The position numbers and the translations under genes were made by a program. DNA of 64,000 nt from Anaerohalosphaeraceae bacterium (GTDB lineage: Bacteria > Planctomycetota > Phycisphaerae > Sedimentisphaerales > Anaerohalosphaeraceae), in assembly GCA_050309605.1 (NCBI GenBank), contig JBNRMN010000034.1:64001-128000 (forward strand). Reading direction: 5' to 3'. The notes below the pieces were generated by a model, which ran no database searches, was not told the origin of the DNA, and was given only the letters and a program-made list of their open reading frames with translations. Shown piece by piece: positions 29,375-39,513 of this stretch. Position 1 is the first letter of the stretch. Each line of letters opens with the position of its first letter.

Positions 29375-30520
29375 ATGACAGTGGAATGGGTAGGCAGGCA
29401 GATGACGTTGGCGGGGCGGCTCGGCTCTGCTGCGCTGCGCAGGCTCATCCGTTGCCGCTGGCCTTCGCTGCCCGGAACACGTTTCCACTGTCGGGCGGAA
29501 CAGATTATTGATGAGTCCTGTCCGCCGTATGAAGATCGCTTTTTATGTGTTCAGGTTTTTGGGCGTTTTGTTGTGCCGCGTGAGCGTTCGGAGACGGACG
29601 TCTGTGTTGAGTTGCTGGATATAACCGACGGCGCCGGTCAGGCGGAACAGGTTCTGTCGGCTGCGCCTCAGTGGCAGCGCCCCGATTCACCGGTGTTTTA
29701 TTACCGAGCGCATTACGGCGCCGTCGCAGGCAAGCGGTTTGTGCTTTCAAAACCGATCACCATTGCAAAAATCCCGCTGCACCTGCTTCGCTTTGCCCGA
29801 CGCGGACGCCGAAAAATTCAGGTGTTGGCGGGCATGATCGATCGTGAAAAAGGGCAGATTCTTGCGCGGGCCGATACCTGCATGGAATATGTCGCGTGCG
29901 GAGAAGGATACGCCGAGATTCAGGAACGACGGGAAGCGGTATTGCGGGCCTGCGTGGAGCTTGCCTGCGCGGTGGCGACTGATGAGCCGTTTATCCCATC
30001 CGTTGCCGAAGTCATCGGTGACTGGATCGCGGATAAAACGCGGCGTTTTACGCCTCGAAGCGATTTACTCGAACCGCTGAGCCGCCTTGAAGCGTCCAAA
30101 GGAACATTCGATACCGCCGGGGCGTGTGAGGGTATCCTTGCTTGGGGACAAAAAGCCGATACCATCGAGGCGATGGATCTTGCCCTTCAGGTTGCCGCGC
30201 TGTATGCGTCGCCGTCCGCCCGACAGGAACAGTTGCTTTGGGAGCTGTCCGACGGTCTGGAGCTTTCACAGGAACGATTCATCGCGCTGTGCCAGAAACA
30301 GCTGCTGACGGACAATTGTTCGATTGAGCGATGGCGGCTTCTGTTGGGAGTTCGCCGGGAACTGGCTCCTGAACAATTGCGGCGACTGATCAATGAAGAA
30401 TATCGCAAGTGGAACGCCCGTATCACACACGCCGATCCGCGGATACGTCACCAGGCCGATATCATTCTCTCTATCATTGCTGACGTTCGCAGCCGACAGC
30501 AGGCGGTTTCCTGTTCATAA
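29375..30520 (+). CDS. Hypothetical protein with TerB/DjlA-like helical region and degenerate J-like C-terminus
   Basis: C-terminal 'LLGV..E...EQLRR....EYRKWN' resembles J-domain helices I-II but has no HPD; third gene after grpE-hsp70. Confidence 0.55.
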   Translation: MTVEWVGRQMTLAGRLGSAALRRLIRCRWPSLPGTRFHCRAEQIIDESCPPYEDRFLCVQVFGRFVVPRERSETDVCVELLDITDGAGQAEQVLSAAPQWQRPDSPVFYYRAHYGAVAGKRFVLSKPITIAKIPLHLLRFARRGRRKIQVLAGMIDREKGQILARADTCMEYVACGEGYAEIQERREAVLRACVELACAVATDEPFIPSVAEVIGDWIADKTRRFTPRSDLLEPLSRLEASKGTFDTAGACEGILAWGQKADTIEAMDLALQVAALYASPSARQEQLLWELSDGLELSQERFIALCQKQLLTDNCSIERWRLLLGVRRELAPEQLRRLINEEYRKWNARITHADPRIRHQADIILSIIADVRSRQQAVSCS

Positions 30521-30568
30521 CGCGACTGTCACTATTCATCTGATTGCCTTCTGTTTTTTTAACATGGC

Positions 30569-32617
30569 CTATTCGGCCCTGCGTTTTGCACATTGCGTTT
30601 GATGGATTTGACTGCATAGATCGCAGAGCTGATCGACCGCAAGCGTCAATTCCTGCAAAGACGATCCGCCCTCTCGAAGAGAACCCAGCATCGCGTCTGC
30701 TTTTTCGGTCAATGTGCTCTGGCCGGTGGTTTGACCGATCTCAGAGAACAATTCGGCAAATCGTGCCAGCAGTTCCATATCCGAATGCATCAAGACCTCA
30801 CGAGCGCCGTTTGCCAGCTCCGGCAGTTGCTTGAGCAGTGATTCGACACAAGCCATATCCTGTTCCGATAGCTCCGAGTCTTCAAGAGCAGGGCGGGCGG
30901 GACTTGTTTGTTCAGGAAGGTAATGGCTGATGACGGTATAAAGCTGATCGCGCGACAGCGGACGACTGATGCATTCATCAAACCCCATCTGTTGCCACGG
31001 GTCAGCCGGTTCGCCGTCCCGGTCCGAGACGAGGATGAGAGGAATTTCAGGCCATTGATTCCGAATCGTATGCACCAGCGTTTTGACGTGCTCAAATCCC
31101 AGTCCCTCATCCAGAAAAATCAGATCAAAATTCTGTTCATCGAGACATTCAAGCACCTGTTCGGCTGTTCCGGCAAGCTGGACGTCCAGTCCGAACCGGC
31201 GCATCATCAGTGCCAGGGTCAACTGACTTGGGAAGGCTTGTTCCGCCAGCAGAATATGTCCGCAGGCGGCGTCGGCATCCTCGTCTCGCCGCATCGGCCG
31301 CAGGCCCAGTGAGGCCGGGCCGTGATCAGCGGTCTTGGGCACAAACAGCGGCAGCGTCAGCGAAAACGTCGATCCTTGATCGGCTTGACTGACCAGGCGA
31401 ACATCGCCGCCGAGCAGTCCGGCCAGCCGGCGCGTGATCGCAAGCCCCAGCCCCGTTCCGCCGTATTGTCGGCACGTGGCAATATCCGCCTGTGCAAACG
31501 ACTTGAAGATGATGTCCTGTTTGTCCGGCGGAATGCCGATGCCCGTGTCTTCCACATCAAAGCGAACGCAGGGCTGTCCGGCACGATTGTCCGACCGAAC
31601 GCGCAGGGCGATATGTCCTGTGTCGGTGAATTTGATCGCGTTGCCGATCAGGTTGATCAAACATTGTTTCAGTCGCGTCGGGTCGGTAAAAAATGTCTTC
31701 GGCAAACAGTCATCCACCTGGATGATAAAGTCCAGCCCCTTTTTCCTCGCCTGCGTTTCCATCATCACGCGGATTTCCTGAACAAGCTCTGCGACAGTGC
31801 AGGAGATCACTTCGATTTTCAGTTTGCCGGCCTCGATCCGCGAAAAATCCAGAATATCGTTGATCAAATCAAGCAGTCCTTTGGCGGCCTGATGAATGGT
31901 TATAACATACTCCTGCTGTTCTTCGTCCAGCGTGGTGTCCATTAAAATTTCGGTAAAGCCAATGATTGAATTCATTGGCGTGCGAATGTCGTGGCTGGAA
32001 CTGGCCAGCAGTTCGCTTTTGGCCTGATTGGAGCGAGTTGCCTTTTCCGCCAGCAGACGCGCCTGTTCGGTGGCGGCCTTAAGATGACGATTGGTTTGCT
32101 CAAGCTGGGATTTGGCTTTGAGCAGATCATCTTCAGCGCGTTTCTTGTCCGTGATGTCTATCGCAAATACCATCACCCCGGTAATGCGTCCGTTTTCATC
32201 CCGCAGAGGAATACGATCCACCAGTGCCCAGCGTTTCAAGCCGTTGTAGGCGGTAAATGAACGCAATTGTCCCAGCAGCGGTCGTCCGGTTTCCATGACC
32301 TCAAGATCCTGCTGCAAGGCCCGTTCGGCGCCATCGGGAAACAGGTCATAGTAGTTTTTACCCACCAGACTGCGGATGCTCATACCCACCGAGTCGGCGG
32401 CACACTGGTTTACCTTTAGAATCCGACCGGAACGATCGCGATACCAGATCATCGCCGGCACCGAATCGAAAATGGCCAGATATTCCCGACGTGTTTTCTT
32501 GAGCTTCTGGATAAGCTGCTGTTTGCCTTCAAGCGACTGTTTGAGAGTTTCCTGTGTGTCGCTCAACGCTTGCTGCAATGTCTTGTCCGTCGTTGTTTCA
32601 GAGTGTTTCACCCGCAT
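30569..32617 (-). CDS. PAS-domain hybrid sensor histidine kinase
   Basis: PAS/PAC, SHDIRTPMN H-box, NLIGNAIKFT, DTGIGI, GTGLGL and a C-terminal receiver-like domain. Confidence 0.93.
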   Translation of the reverse strand: MRVKHSETTTDKTLQQALSDTQETLKQSLEGKQQLIQKLKKTRREYLAIFDSVPAMIWYRDRSGRILKVNQCAADSVGMSIRSLVGKNYYDLFPDGAERALQQDLEVMETGRPLLGQLRSFTAYNGLKRWALVDRIPLRDENGRITGVMVFAIDITDKKRAEDDLLKAKSQLEQTNRHLKAATEQARLLAEKATRSNQAKSELLASSSHDIRTPMNSIIGFTEILMDTTLDEEQQEYVITIHQAAKGLLDLINDILDFSRIEAGKLKIEVISCTVAELVQEIRVMMETQARKKGLDFIIQVDDCLPKTFFTDPTRLKQCLINLIGNAIKFTDTGHIALRVRSDNRAGQPCVRFDVEDTGIGIPPDKQDIIFKSFAQADIATCRQYGGTGLGLAITRRLAGLLGGDVRLVSQADQGSTFSLTLPLFVPKTADHGPASLGLRPMRRDEDADAACGHILLAEQAFPSQLTLALMMRRFGLDVQLAGTAEQVLECLDEQNFDLIFLDEGLGFEHVKTLVHTIRNQWPEIPLILVSDRDGEPADPWQQMGFDECISRPLSRDQLYTVISHYLPEQTSPARPALEDSELSEQDMACVESLLKQLPELANGAREVLMHSDMELLARFAELFSEIGQTTGQSTLTEKADAMLGSLREGGSSLQELTLAVDQLCDLCSQIHQTQCAKRRAE

Positions 32618-32924
32618 ATTCCCTCAGCATCAATTGTTGCCGGGCCGCACAAGGCGGCGTTTTAATTATTGTCTGTCCTGAACAAGTACAAAAAGGAGCG
32701 ATTCAGGGATTGAATCGCCCCATTCTGCATATACATAATCTGTACACTTTTTGAAAGGAGACTGCATTATTCCTAAACAATCAAGCAGGCGGCGCTTTGC
32801 GCGGCGCCTTGGTTACATTGTTCTGTGTATATTATCGGGAAGGATCGCGGCGGACATTAGTGGGAATTTTACCCAATTTAGCAGGAAAGATTACCCATCA
32901 AGCGGGAATGGCTAACATATCGCC

Positions 32925-33572
32925 TCAGGGGGTTGTCAAGCCTTCACGCATCGCATATTTTGTTAACCCGGCCACATTACGGATGCCCAGTTTTTCCATA
33001 ATATGCTCGCGATGCGAATCGACGGTTTTGGGGCTGAGATGGAGAATTTTTGCGATTTCTTTGGTCGTATGTCCCTCGGCTACCAATTGAAGGACTTCAC
33101 GCTCACGGCTGCTCAAACCGTCGCTTTCGACCGCTTTTGGATTAGTGAGCATATTAATATAGTCGGAGAAAACGACTTTAGAGATTTGTCGGCATAAAAA
33201 TACTTGTCCCTGGAGCATTGTGACAATGCCTTCTTTCAGTTCGGAAAAGGCCGATTCCTTGAGCATATATCCGCTGGCGCCGGCTTTGATCATTTTGGCT
33301 ACAATCGTGCCGTCGGAGTGGGTGGACAAGGCCATTATTTTGAGAGCGGGCCGCTGCGTCTTCATTTGGCGCGTGGCCTCGATGCCGTTGAGATTCGGCA
33401 TTCCAATGTCCATAATGACCACATCCGGGTCCAGTTGTTCCACAAGCTCAACTGCTGCGCGACCGTTGGCGGCCTGGCCGACGACTTCAATATCTTCACA
33501 TTTACGAAGCAGTGCGCACATCCCTTCACGCATGATTTCGTGATCATCAACCAGTATCACACGTACTGCCAT
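32925..33572 (-). CDS. NarL/LuxR-family response regulator
   Basis: LVDDH, MDIGMP and LK; HTH LSSREREVL..TKEIA..L.LSPKTV. Confidence 0.95.
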   Translation of the reverse strand: MAVRVILVDDHEIMREGMCALLRKCEDIEVVGQAANGRAAVELVEQLDPDVVIMDIGMPNLNGIEATRQMKTQRPALKIMALSTHSDGTIVAKMIKAGASGYMLKESAFSELKEGIVTMLQGQVFLCRQISKVVFSDYINMLTNPKAVESDGLSSREREVLQLVAEGHTTKEIAKILHLSPKTVDSHREHIMEKLGIRNVAGLTKYAMREGLTTP

Positions 33573-33872
33573 AGGTCTTCCCTCAAAGAATCGTTTCAGG
33601 ATTCTGTTCGTATTCCAATCTAACGAATCGGCTTGGTGTTTTCAAATCAAATTAAGGATTTGATATAGTAGTTCTATAGATATATGTCATTTCGTGACAA
33701 TTATCCGAGATTTTTCAGATTTTTTCCTGCAACAGCCCTGTTCTTCTTGTGGCAAGAGGAACACAAAAGGGGATAATAACTATGCTGACAAAGCACTATC
33801 CAGTGAATCACAAATCGGATAACACGGCGATCGAATCTTTGCAACATATTCATTAATAAAGACTTATGAGAC

Positions 33873-33947
33873 TCGGAGAGACAGGATTTGAACCTGCGAC
33901 CTCTGCGTCCCGAACGCAGCGCTCTAGCCAAGCTGAGCTACTCTCCG
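33873..33947 (-). tRNA. tRNA-Pro (anticodon CGG); CCA not encoded
   Basis: CGGAGAG-TAGCTCAGCTTGGCTAGAGCG-CTGCG-TTCGGGA-CGCAG-AGGTC-GCAGG-TTCAAAT-CCTGT-CTCTCCG-A cloverleaf. Confidence 0.97.
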
Positions 33948-34001
33948 CCAATGAAAAATGAAACTATACATAAAAAAAACAAAAATGCAAGCCGCAACAT
34001 G

Positions 34002-36365
34002 CTACAAAACGTAAATTGGGTCAATATCAGGCTGAATGCGGACGGCCGGACGAATTGGCGGCTGACGGCGCAACTGCTCAAAAAGCCGCTCGAAGGCCGT
34101 CGGCGTGGGAGATTGCAGGATAATCTGCATCCGATGTTGCTGCTGAATCCGTTCGATGGGGGCGGGCATTGGGCCGCGGCGTTTGATTTCAAGTCCAAGG
34201 CTGTCTACAAAATGGTCAATTCGCAGCCGCATTTGCTCTGCTGCGGCGGTGAGGCGGTCGTATTTGGTATCCCGAATCTGAATTATCGCCAATCTCCAGT
34301 ACGGCGGCAGCGAGCAGGTTTGTCTGTGCTTTAATTCTTTTTCTACAAAGGCTTTATAATCGTTTTGCAGAGCCAGTTGAATGGCCGGCTGCTGGGGCAA
34401 AAACGTTTGAACGATAACCGTGCCGGGTTTTTCGCTGCGTCCGGCCCGACCGGCCACCTGACTGATGAGCTGAAACGTACGTTCATTGGCCCGAAAATCC
34501 GGCAGTGAAAGGGCCGTATCGGCACTGATGATGCCGACCAGGGTAACATTGGGGAAATGCAGCCCTTTGGCCAGTATTTGTGTACCCGCCAGAATATCGA
34601 TGCCGCCTTGCGCAAATTCACGTAAAATTTGATAATAATCCTGCCCGGCCATGGCATCGCTGTCGATTCGCCGGATACGGGCGTCAGGGAGTTTGGCGGC
34701 GACTTCTTCTTCCAGTCGCTGCGAACCGAGGCCGATCATAATCATCCGCGTATTGCACAGCGGACAGCTTTGCGGCACAAGCGTCTTGGCCAGACAGTAA
34801 TGGCAAATGGCATAGCCGCCGAGAATGTGTTTGCCCAGACTTGTTTCGCTGAGCTTGTCCAGTTTGGGGCGTTTGTGAAATGTCAGTGTCACATCACAGT
34901 TGCGGCAATGCAGACTGTGCCGGCAGGACGGACAAAACACATAGTTGCTGTACCCGCGTCGATTCAGCAGCAAAATAGCCTGTTCTTTTCGCTCCAGCAC
35001 GCCGCTGAGTCGGTTGACCAGCTCCGGACTGAGCAATTGGACGCCTTTGTGCCCAGCATCGCTGAAGGCCGCGGCCATATTGACCAGACGCATCTCCGGC
35101 ATCGGCAAATCACAGACCCGACGGGGCAGTTCGATGAGCGTGTAATGTTTTTTGGTTCGGCTGTTGTACAGACTTTCCAGCGACGGTGTTGCCGAACCGA
35201 GCACGCAGTGTGCCCCGGCAAGATGTGCCCGCTTGATGGCGACGTCGCGGCCATGATAACGCGGCGCGGTGTCCTGCTTGTAGCTGGGTTCATGTTCTTC
35301 ATCGACCACAACCAATCCCAAGCGCGAGAGCGGGGCAAAAATTGCCGAACGAGCGCCGATGACCACATCGGCCTGCCCGTTGCGGATGGTTTGCCAGTGA
35401 GCGTTACGCTGCGGGGCGGTTTGCTGCGAGTGCAGAATCGCCAGGCGTTCAAAACGGGTATGAAACCGCTGGACGGTCTGCGCGGTCAAGGCAATTTCCG
35501 GCAGCAGGACAATAGCCTGTCTGCCGAGGGCCAGGCACGCTTCAATCGCGCGAATATAGACCTCGGTCTTGCCGCTTCCGGTAACGCCGTGCAGCAAGGT
35601 AACGCCGAAAGCGCCGCTGTTGATTTGGCGGGTGATATGTGCCAGTGCGGTTTGCTGATCGTTGTTGAGGACAACCGGCCCGCTGTCAAGCGACAGGCCG
35701 TTGGGGATCGACGGCAGCGTCTGTAAGACCGCCCGTCGCGTGATGACCGCCAGTCCTTTTCGGACAAGCTGCTTGAGAGGGGCGTCGGTGCAATCGGCCT
35801 CTGCAAGCAGAGTTTCTTTCTCAAGAGCGGTTTCGGGGCTGTCGGCGTTGGCTTGGCGCAGGAGATTGACCAGTGCTTTTTGTTGGGCGCTGGACAACGC
35901 GGCGTTTTCATCGAATGTCCTTGACAATGAGACAAACATGCGTGTCCGAACGCCGGCGTTGTGCTTGACCGCGGCCGGCACCATGGCCGCAAAGACCTGA
36001 CCCAACGGACAGACATAATAGCGGCTGATCCATTGCGCCAATTCAAACAACTCGCCGGCAATCAGCGGCTGATCGTCAATAATACGCTTGATGGATTTAA
36101 GCCGAATGCGGCGCTGGGAGGTCTTTGCGTCCGGCTTGGGCGATGTTTCCACCACGAACGCCTGATGCAGTTTGTTGCTTTTGCCGAAAGGCACCTGCAC
36201 ACGCTGTCCCGATTCGACCTGCCCCAGATGCTCCGGCAGGCGATAATCAAACAGCGCATCGGCCCCCGTCTCCAGGGCGACCCGTACCACCGGCCCGTTG
36301 TCTTGCGGCATCGGCTGCGGTTCATCCATTCCGGCGAATAAATTGTCTTGTGCTTCATTTTTCAC
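34002..36365 (-). CDS. priA: Primosomal protein N'
   Basis: GVTGSGKT, DEEH, GSATPS, LNRRGY, four CxxC pairs and QVAGRAGR. Start is uncertain (GTG 36365). Confidence 0.96.
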   Translation of the reverse strand: MKNEAQDNLFAGMDEPQPMPQDNGPVVRVALETGADALFDYRLPEHLGQVESGQRVQVPFGKSNKLHQAFVVETSPKPDAKTSQRRIRLKSIKRIIDDQPLIAGELFELAQWISRYYVCPLGQVFAAMVPAAVKHNAGVRTRMFVSLSRTFDENAALSSAQQKALVNLLRQANADSPETALEKETLLAEADCTDAPLKQLVRKGLAVITRRAVLQTLPSIPNGLSLDSGPVVLNNDQQTALAHITRQINSGAFGVTLLHGVTGSGKTEVYIRAIEACLALGRQAIVLLPEIALTAQTVQRFHTRFERLAILHSQQTAPQRNAHWQTIRNGQADVVIGARSAIFAPLSRLGLVVVDEEHEPSYKQDTAPRYHGRDVAIKRAHLAGAHCVLGSATPSLESLYNSRTKKHYTLIELPRRVCDLPMPEMRLVNMAAAFSDAGHKGVQLLSPELVNRLSGVLERKEQAILLLNRRGYSNYVFCPSCRHSLHCRNCDVTLTFHKRPKLDKLSETSLGKHILGGYAICHYCLAKTLVPQSCPLCNTRMIMIGLGSQRLEEEVAAKLPDARIRRIDSDAMAGQDYYQILREFAQGGIDILAGTQILAKGLHFPNVTLVGIISADTALSLPDFRANERTFQLISQVAGRAGRSEKPGTVIVQTFLPQQPAIQLALQNDYKAFVEKELKHRQTCSLPPYWRLAIIQIRDTKYDRLTAAAEQMRLRIDHFVDSLGLEIKRRGPMPAPIERIQQQHRMQIILQSPTPTAFERLFEQLRRQPPIRPAVRIQPDIDPIYVL

Positions 36366-36447
36366 GCGGGCTATTGTACCGCTTGAAACGGTATTCGAGA
36401 AGTGAAAAAGCATGTCGGGTGGCTGGCCTGCTGAAAGGCTGAGGATA

Positions 36448-37131
36448 TTATTCGTCGTGCAAGTCGAATTTGTAGCCGAAATTCCTCACGGTCAGAAGGT
36501 ATTGAGGGTTATGCGGATCCGGTTCGATCTTGTTGCGCAGGGTCGTGATGCAGCGATCCACGCTGCGGGGCGTGACAAAGCAATTATACCCCCACACGTG
36601 GTTAAGCAGGGTGTCCCGCGTCATCGCCCGGCCGGGGTGTTCGGCCAGACAGCACAGCAGGCGGTACTCCTTGGGCGTCAGCTTGACCGGCTCGCCGTCG
36701 CGGCTCAGGGTGCAGGCGGCGGTGTCCAGCGTACAGCGGTCGAAAGTAAAGATGGTTTTTCGACCTTCGCGCTTGCGCCGCAAAAAGGCGTTGGCGCGGG
36801 CCAGCAGTTCCTTGATACTGAACGGCTTAGAGACGTAGTCGTCGGCGCCGAGGTTCAGCCCCAGCACGACGTCGGATTCTTCGCCCTTGGCCGTGAGCAT
36901 GATGATGGGCATATCGAGCTTTTCGGCCCGCACCAGCCGGCAGATCTCATAACCATTGACCTTCGGCAGCATAATATCCAGCACGATAAGGTCAGGCGTC
37001 GCCTCCAGCGCCGCGGCCAGCCCTTTCTCCCCGTCGTCAGCCGTCAGGACGGTAAAACCCCGCTGTTCGAAGTTATCCTTCAACCCCCGCAGCATCGACG
37101 GGTCATCTTCAATGATTAGAATCGTTTCCAT
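36448..37131 (-). CDS. OmpR/PhoB-family response regulator
   Basis: IEDD, LDIMLP, GADDYVSKPF and a winged helix TVRNFGYKF. Confidence 0.95.
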   Translation of the reverse strand: METILIIEDDPSMLRGLKDNFEQRGFTVLTADDGEKGLAAALEATPDLIVLDIMLPKVNGYEICRLVRAEKLDMPIIMLTAKGEESDVVLGLNLGADDYVSKPFSIKELLARANAFLRRKREGRKTIFTFDRCTLDTAACTLSRDGEPVKLTPKEYRLLCCLAEHPGRAMTRDTLLNHVWGYNCFVTPRSVDRCITTLRNKIEPDPHNPQYLLTVRNFGYKFDLHDE

Positions 37132-37158
37132 TATTCTTTCTCTTCATGTGCTTCAGGG

Positions 37159-39150
37159 TTAAATCGCCGGTACAAACACTGTAAATACGCTTCCTTTGCC
37201 GGGTTTGCTGTCCACCGTGATCGTCGCGTTGTGGGCGTCGAGGATGTATTTGACGATGGACAGGCCCAGGCCGCAGCCCTCGGCCCGGCGGGCCAGGCTG
37301 GTGTCGGCCTGATAGAACTTGTCGAAAATTCGCCTTATCTGCCGCCGGGTCATGCCGATGCCATTATCCGTGACCGAAAAGCACACGCCGCCGTCCTGCT
37401 CAAAGACCCGCAGGGCGATTTCCTTATCGTCGCCGGAGTATTTGCAGGCGTTGTCCAGCAGGTTGACCAGCACCGTGACCATCGCATCCTTATCAACCCT
37501 TACAGACGGCAGGGGGGCGTCGGCCGTTACGGAAAATCGGCACTTTTTTTCCTGAAATTTCGTCTGCACGGCCTCGGCGGCGGCCTGGGCGATGGCGACG
37601 GGGTCAACCGCTTGCATTTCGAAGACCTGTTTGCCGCGTTCCATCCGGGAAAACGTCAGGAAGCTGTCAATCATCCGGCTGAGGCGGTGGTTCTCGCGGC
37701 AGATAAGCTCCAGATATTCGCGGTTCTGTTGTTGGTCGGTGCAGCCGCCGTCCAGCAGGGTATCGACCAGCAGCCGCATCGACGATAGGGGGGTCTTGAG
37801 TTCGTGCGTGACTGTCGCGATGAAATTGTTTTTGAGGGCATTGAGCCGAATCTGCCGCCCGACGGCCCGAATCGCCACGATCCCGGCCAGCAGCATCAAG
37901 GCCGCCACCAGCACCCCCGTCCATGTATAAATCGCGGCCTGACGCTCGGCGGCGGCGAAAAACGGATCGTCGCTGTCAAAATACAACGCCAGCGACCAGC
38001 CGGGCGAAAAATCGTCAAGGGCGATCGTTACGAACGGATCGGCTTGTCCCGGCGGCGTGCCGTAGATCAGCCGTCCTTGGTTGTCAACCATTACCAGCAC
38101 TGTGCCGCGAATCGGAAAATCGGCCAGTACCGGCTCAAACGACGATGCAAAAGTATCCTGTGTTTTTAGAAAGAAAAGCTCATAGTCTTGGGCAGAAACA
38201 CGCAGGCAGTACAACGGCGGTTCTGTCGGTATGGCGTACCACATTCCGGCGACACGTTGTTTGAAGGCCGGCCGGGCGTCGAGAAAGTCAGTTGCCGTCA
38301 TCGCCAGCGACTCGATGCGGATCGTTTTTCTGAGCCATGCGATCGGTGCGCCCAGACTTTTATGGAGGTTGTCATAATCGCTGATGGTTTCGGCGACCGT
38401 GAGTATTTTACCCAGCGCCCAAACTGTCGTTGCGGAAGGATAGCGTTCCGACGCCCTGTACCACGCCTCAAGGTCATCGAGCAGCCCTTTTCCGGGATAG
38501 ATGTTCCAATGTGCCGCCAACACTTCATATTCCATCACTCGCAGCATCGCAATCTGTTCGGGAGACCATTTCTCGCGATGTGTGTACAATACGGTGTTAA
38601 ATAAGGGACTCATCGCATGAATCTGACCCAGTTTTTCCAGGCATCGCAGTTGTCCGGCATAAGCGGCAAACAACTGTTCGGACGGCAGATCGCTTTCGGC
38701 AAGCTGCTGATAGACGGCCAATGCCTCTGTGAAATTCCCCGCCCGCTCGAATGCAAATGCCGATACGAACGGCTCGTAATACGACACAGCCGTTTTTGTT
38801 TCAGGCACAGGAAATACCGCTTGACCGTCCTGATCATAGATGACCACACTGTCGGCATCCTGCCGGATGACTTGTGCCCCGACGATACGCATCGCCTGGA
38901 TATTCCCATGGGTTCCGGCTCGCCGATAGTCCCTTGTGTGAGCAGCGGTGGCCTTGACGAGGTCTTGCTGCAGGTCTTGGACGGCTTCGCTGCAGATATC
39001 CAGCAGTTTTTGCCGCACGGCCAGCCGCTCGTTCCTGACTGCCTGGGTCATAAACCAAAGCAAACACACGGTGGGCAGTATCACCGCCGTCGCCAGCAGC
39101 AGCACGACCGGCCGCAGTGAATCCGAATTGGATTGATGTTTCAAATTCAT
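37159..39150 (-). CDS. Membrane sensor histidine kinase with a large periplasmic domain
   Basis: Two TMs, THELKTPL, NLLDNACKYS, DNGIG and G.GLGL. Confidence 0.93.
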   Translation of the reverse strand: MNLKHQSNSDSLRPVVLLLATAVILPTVCLLWFMTQAVRNERLAVRQKLLDICSEAVQDLQQDLVKATAAHTRDYRRAGTHGNIQAMRIVGAQVIRQDADSVVIYDQDGQAVFPVPETKTAVSYYEPFVSAFAFERAGNFTEALAVYQQLAESDLPSEQLFAAYAGQLRCLEKLGQIHAMSPLFNTVLYTHREKWSPEQIAMLRVMEYEVLAAHWNIYPGKGLLDDLEAWYRASERYPSATTVWALGKILTVAETISDYDNLHKSLGAPIAWLRKTIRIESLAMTATDFLDARPAFKQRVAGMWYAIPTEPPLYCLRVSAQDYELFFLKTQDTFASSFEPVLADFPIRGTVLVMVDNQGRLIYGTPPGQADPFVTIALDDFSPGWSLALYFDSDDPFFAAAERQAAIYTWTGVLVAALMLLAGIVAIRAVGRQIRLNALKNNFIATVTHELKTPLSSMRLLVDTLLDGGCTDQQQNREYLELICRENHRLSRMIDSFLTFSRMERGKQVFEMQAVDPVAIAQAAAEAVQTKFQEKKCRFSVTADAPLPSVRVDKDAMVTVLVNLLDNACKYSGDDKEIALRVFEQDGGVCFSVTDNGIGMTRRQIRRIFDKFYQADTSLARRAEGCGLGLSIVKYILDAHNATITVDSKPGKGSVFTVFVPAI

Positions 39151-39158
39151 TTTTTAAC

Positions 39159-39500
39159 TACGAAGAACACGAAGCACACGAAGTTTTTAATTTTCAGTTA
39201 TACTCATCGGCATAGTCCCGAAGGGACGCTATACAAAAGCCGAGCCGCGCAAGCGGCCGGATAGCAATACATATGCGGCCTCGCATTATCGGGCAGCTTG
39301 CGCTGCCGCGCTTTTGTTCTTAATCGGCAATAGAGTCCCGACGGGACGCTATACAATGGCCGGCGGTTTCGCTGCGCTTCACTGCCGGCTATTATAGCAC
39401 GTTCCGCCGTGGCTTGACAGCAGCTATATTGTTTGTCTGACTCTTCGGGCGAACACATAGGTTCGTTCCTACGCGATCGAATCCCCGGCCTTTCAGGCCG
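39159..39500. repeat. Cluster of short repeats and REP-like palindromes
   Basis: 9-mer (C/T)ACGAAG(A/C)A repeated about three times at 39159-39183; ATCGGCA..AGTCCCGA(A/C)GGGACGCTATACAA at 39206-39236 and 39323-39356; GGGCGAAC..GTTCG..CCTAC at 39447-39472; CCGGCCTTTCAGGCCGG near 39485-39501. Confidence 0.7.
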
Positions 39501-39513
39501 GTGAAATTGCATT

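Noticed and set aside
33600..33873. Genomic island integrated at the tRNA-Pro 3' end
   Set aside because: The flank is AT-rich, but I found no integrase or duplicated tRNA 3' end in the window.
39159..39500. CRISPR array
   Set aside because: Only two imperfect copies of the longer repeat, irregular spacing and no cas genes.
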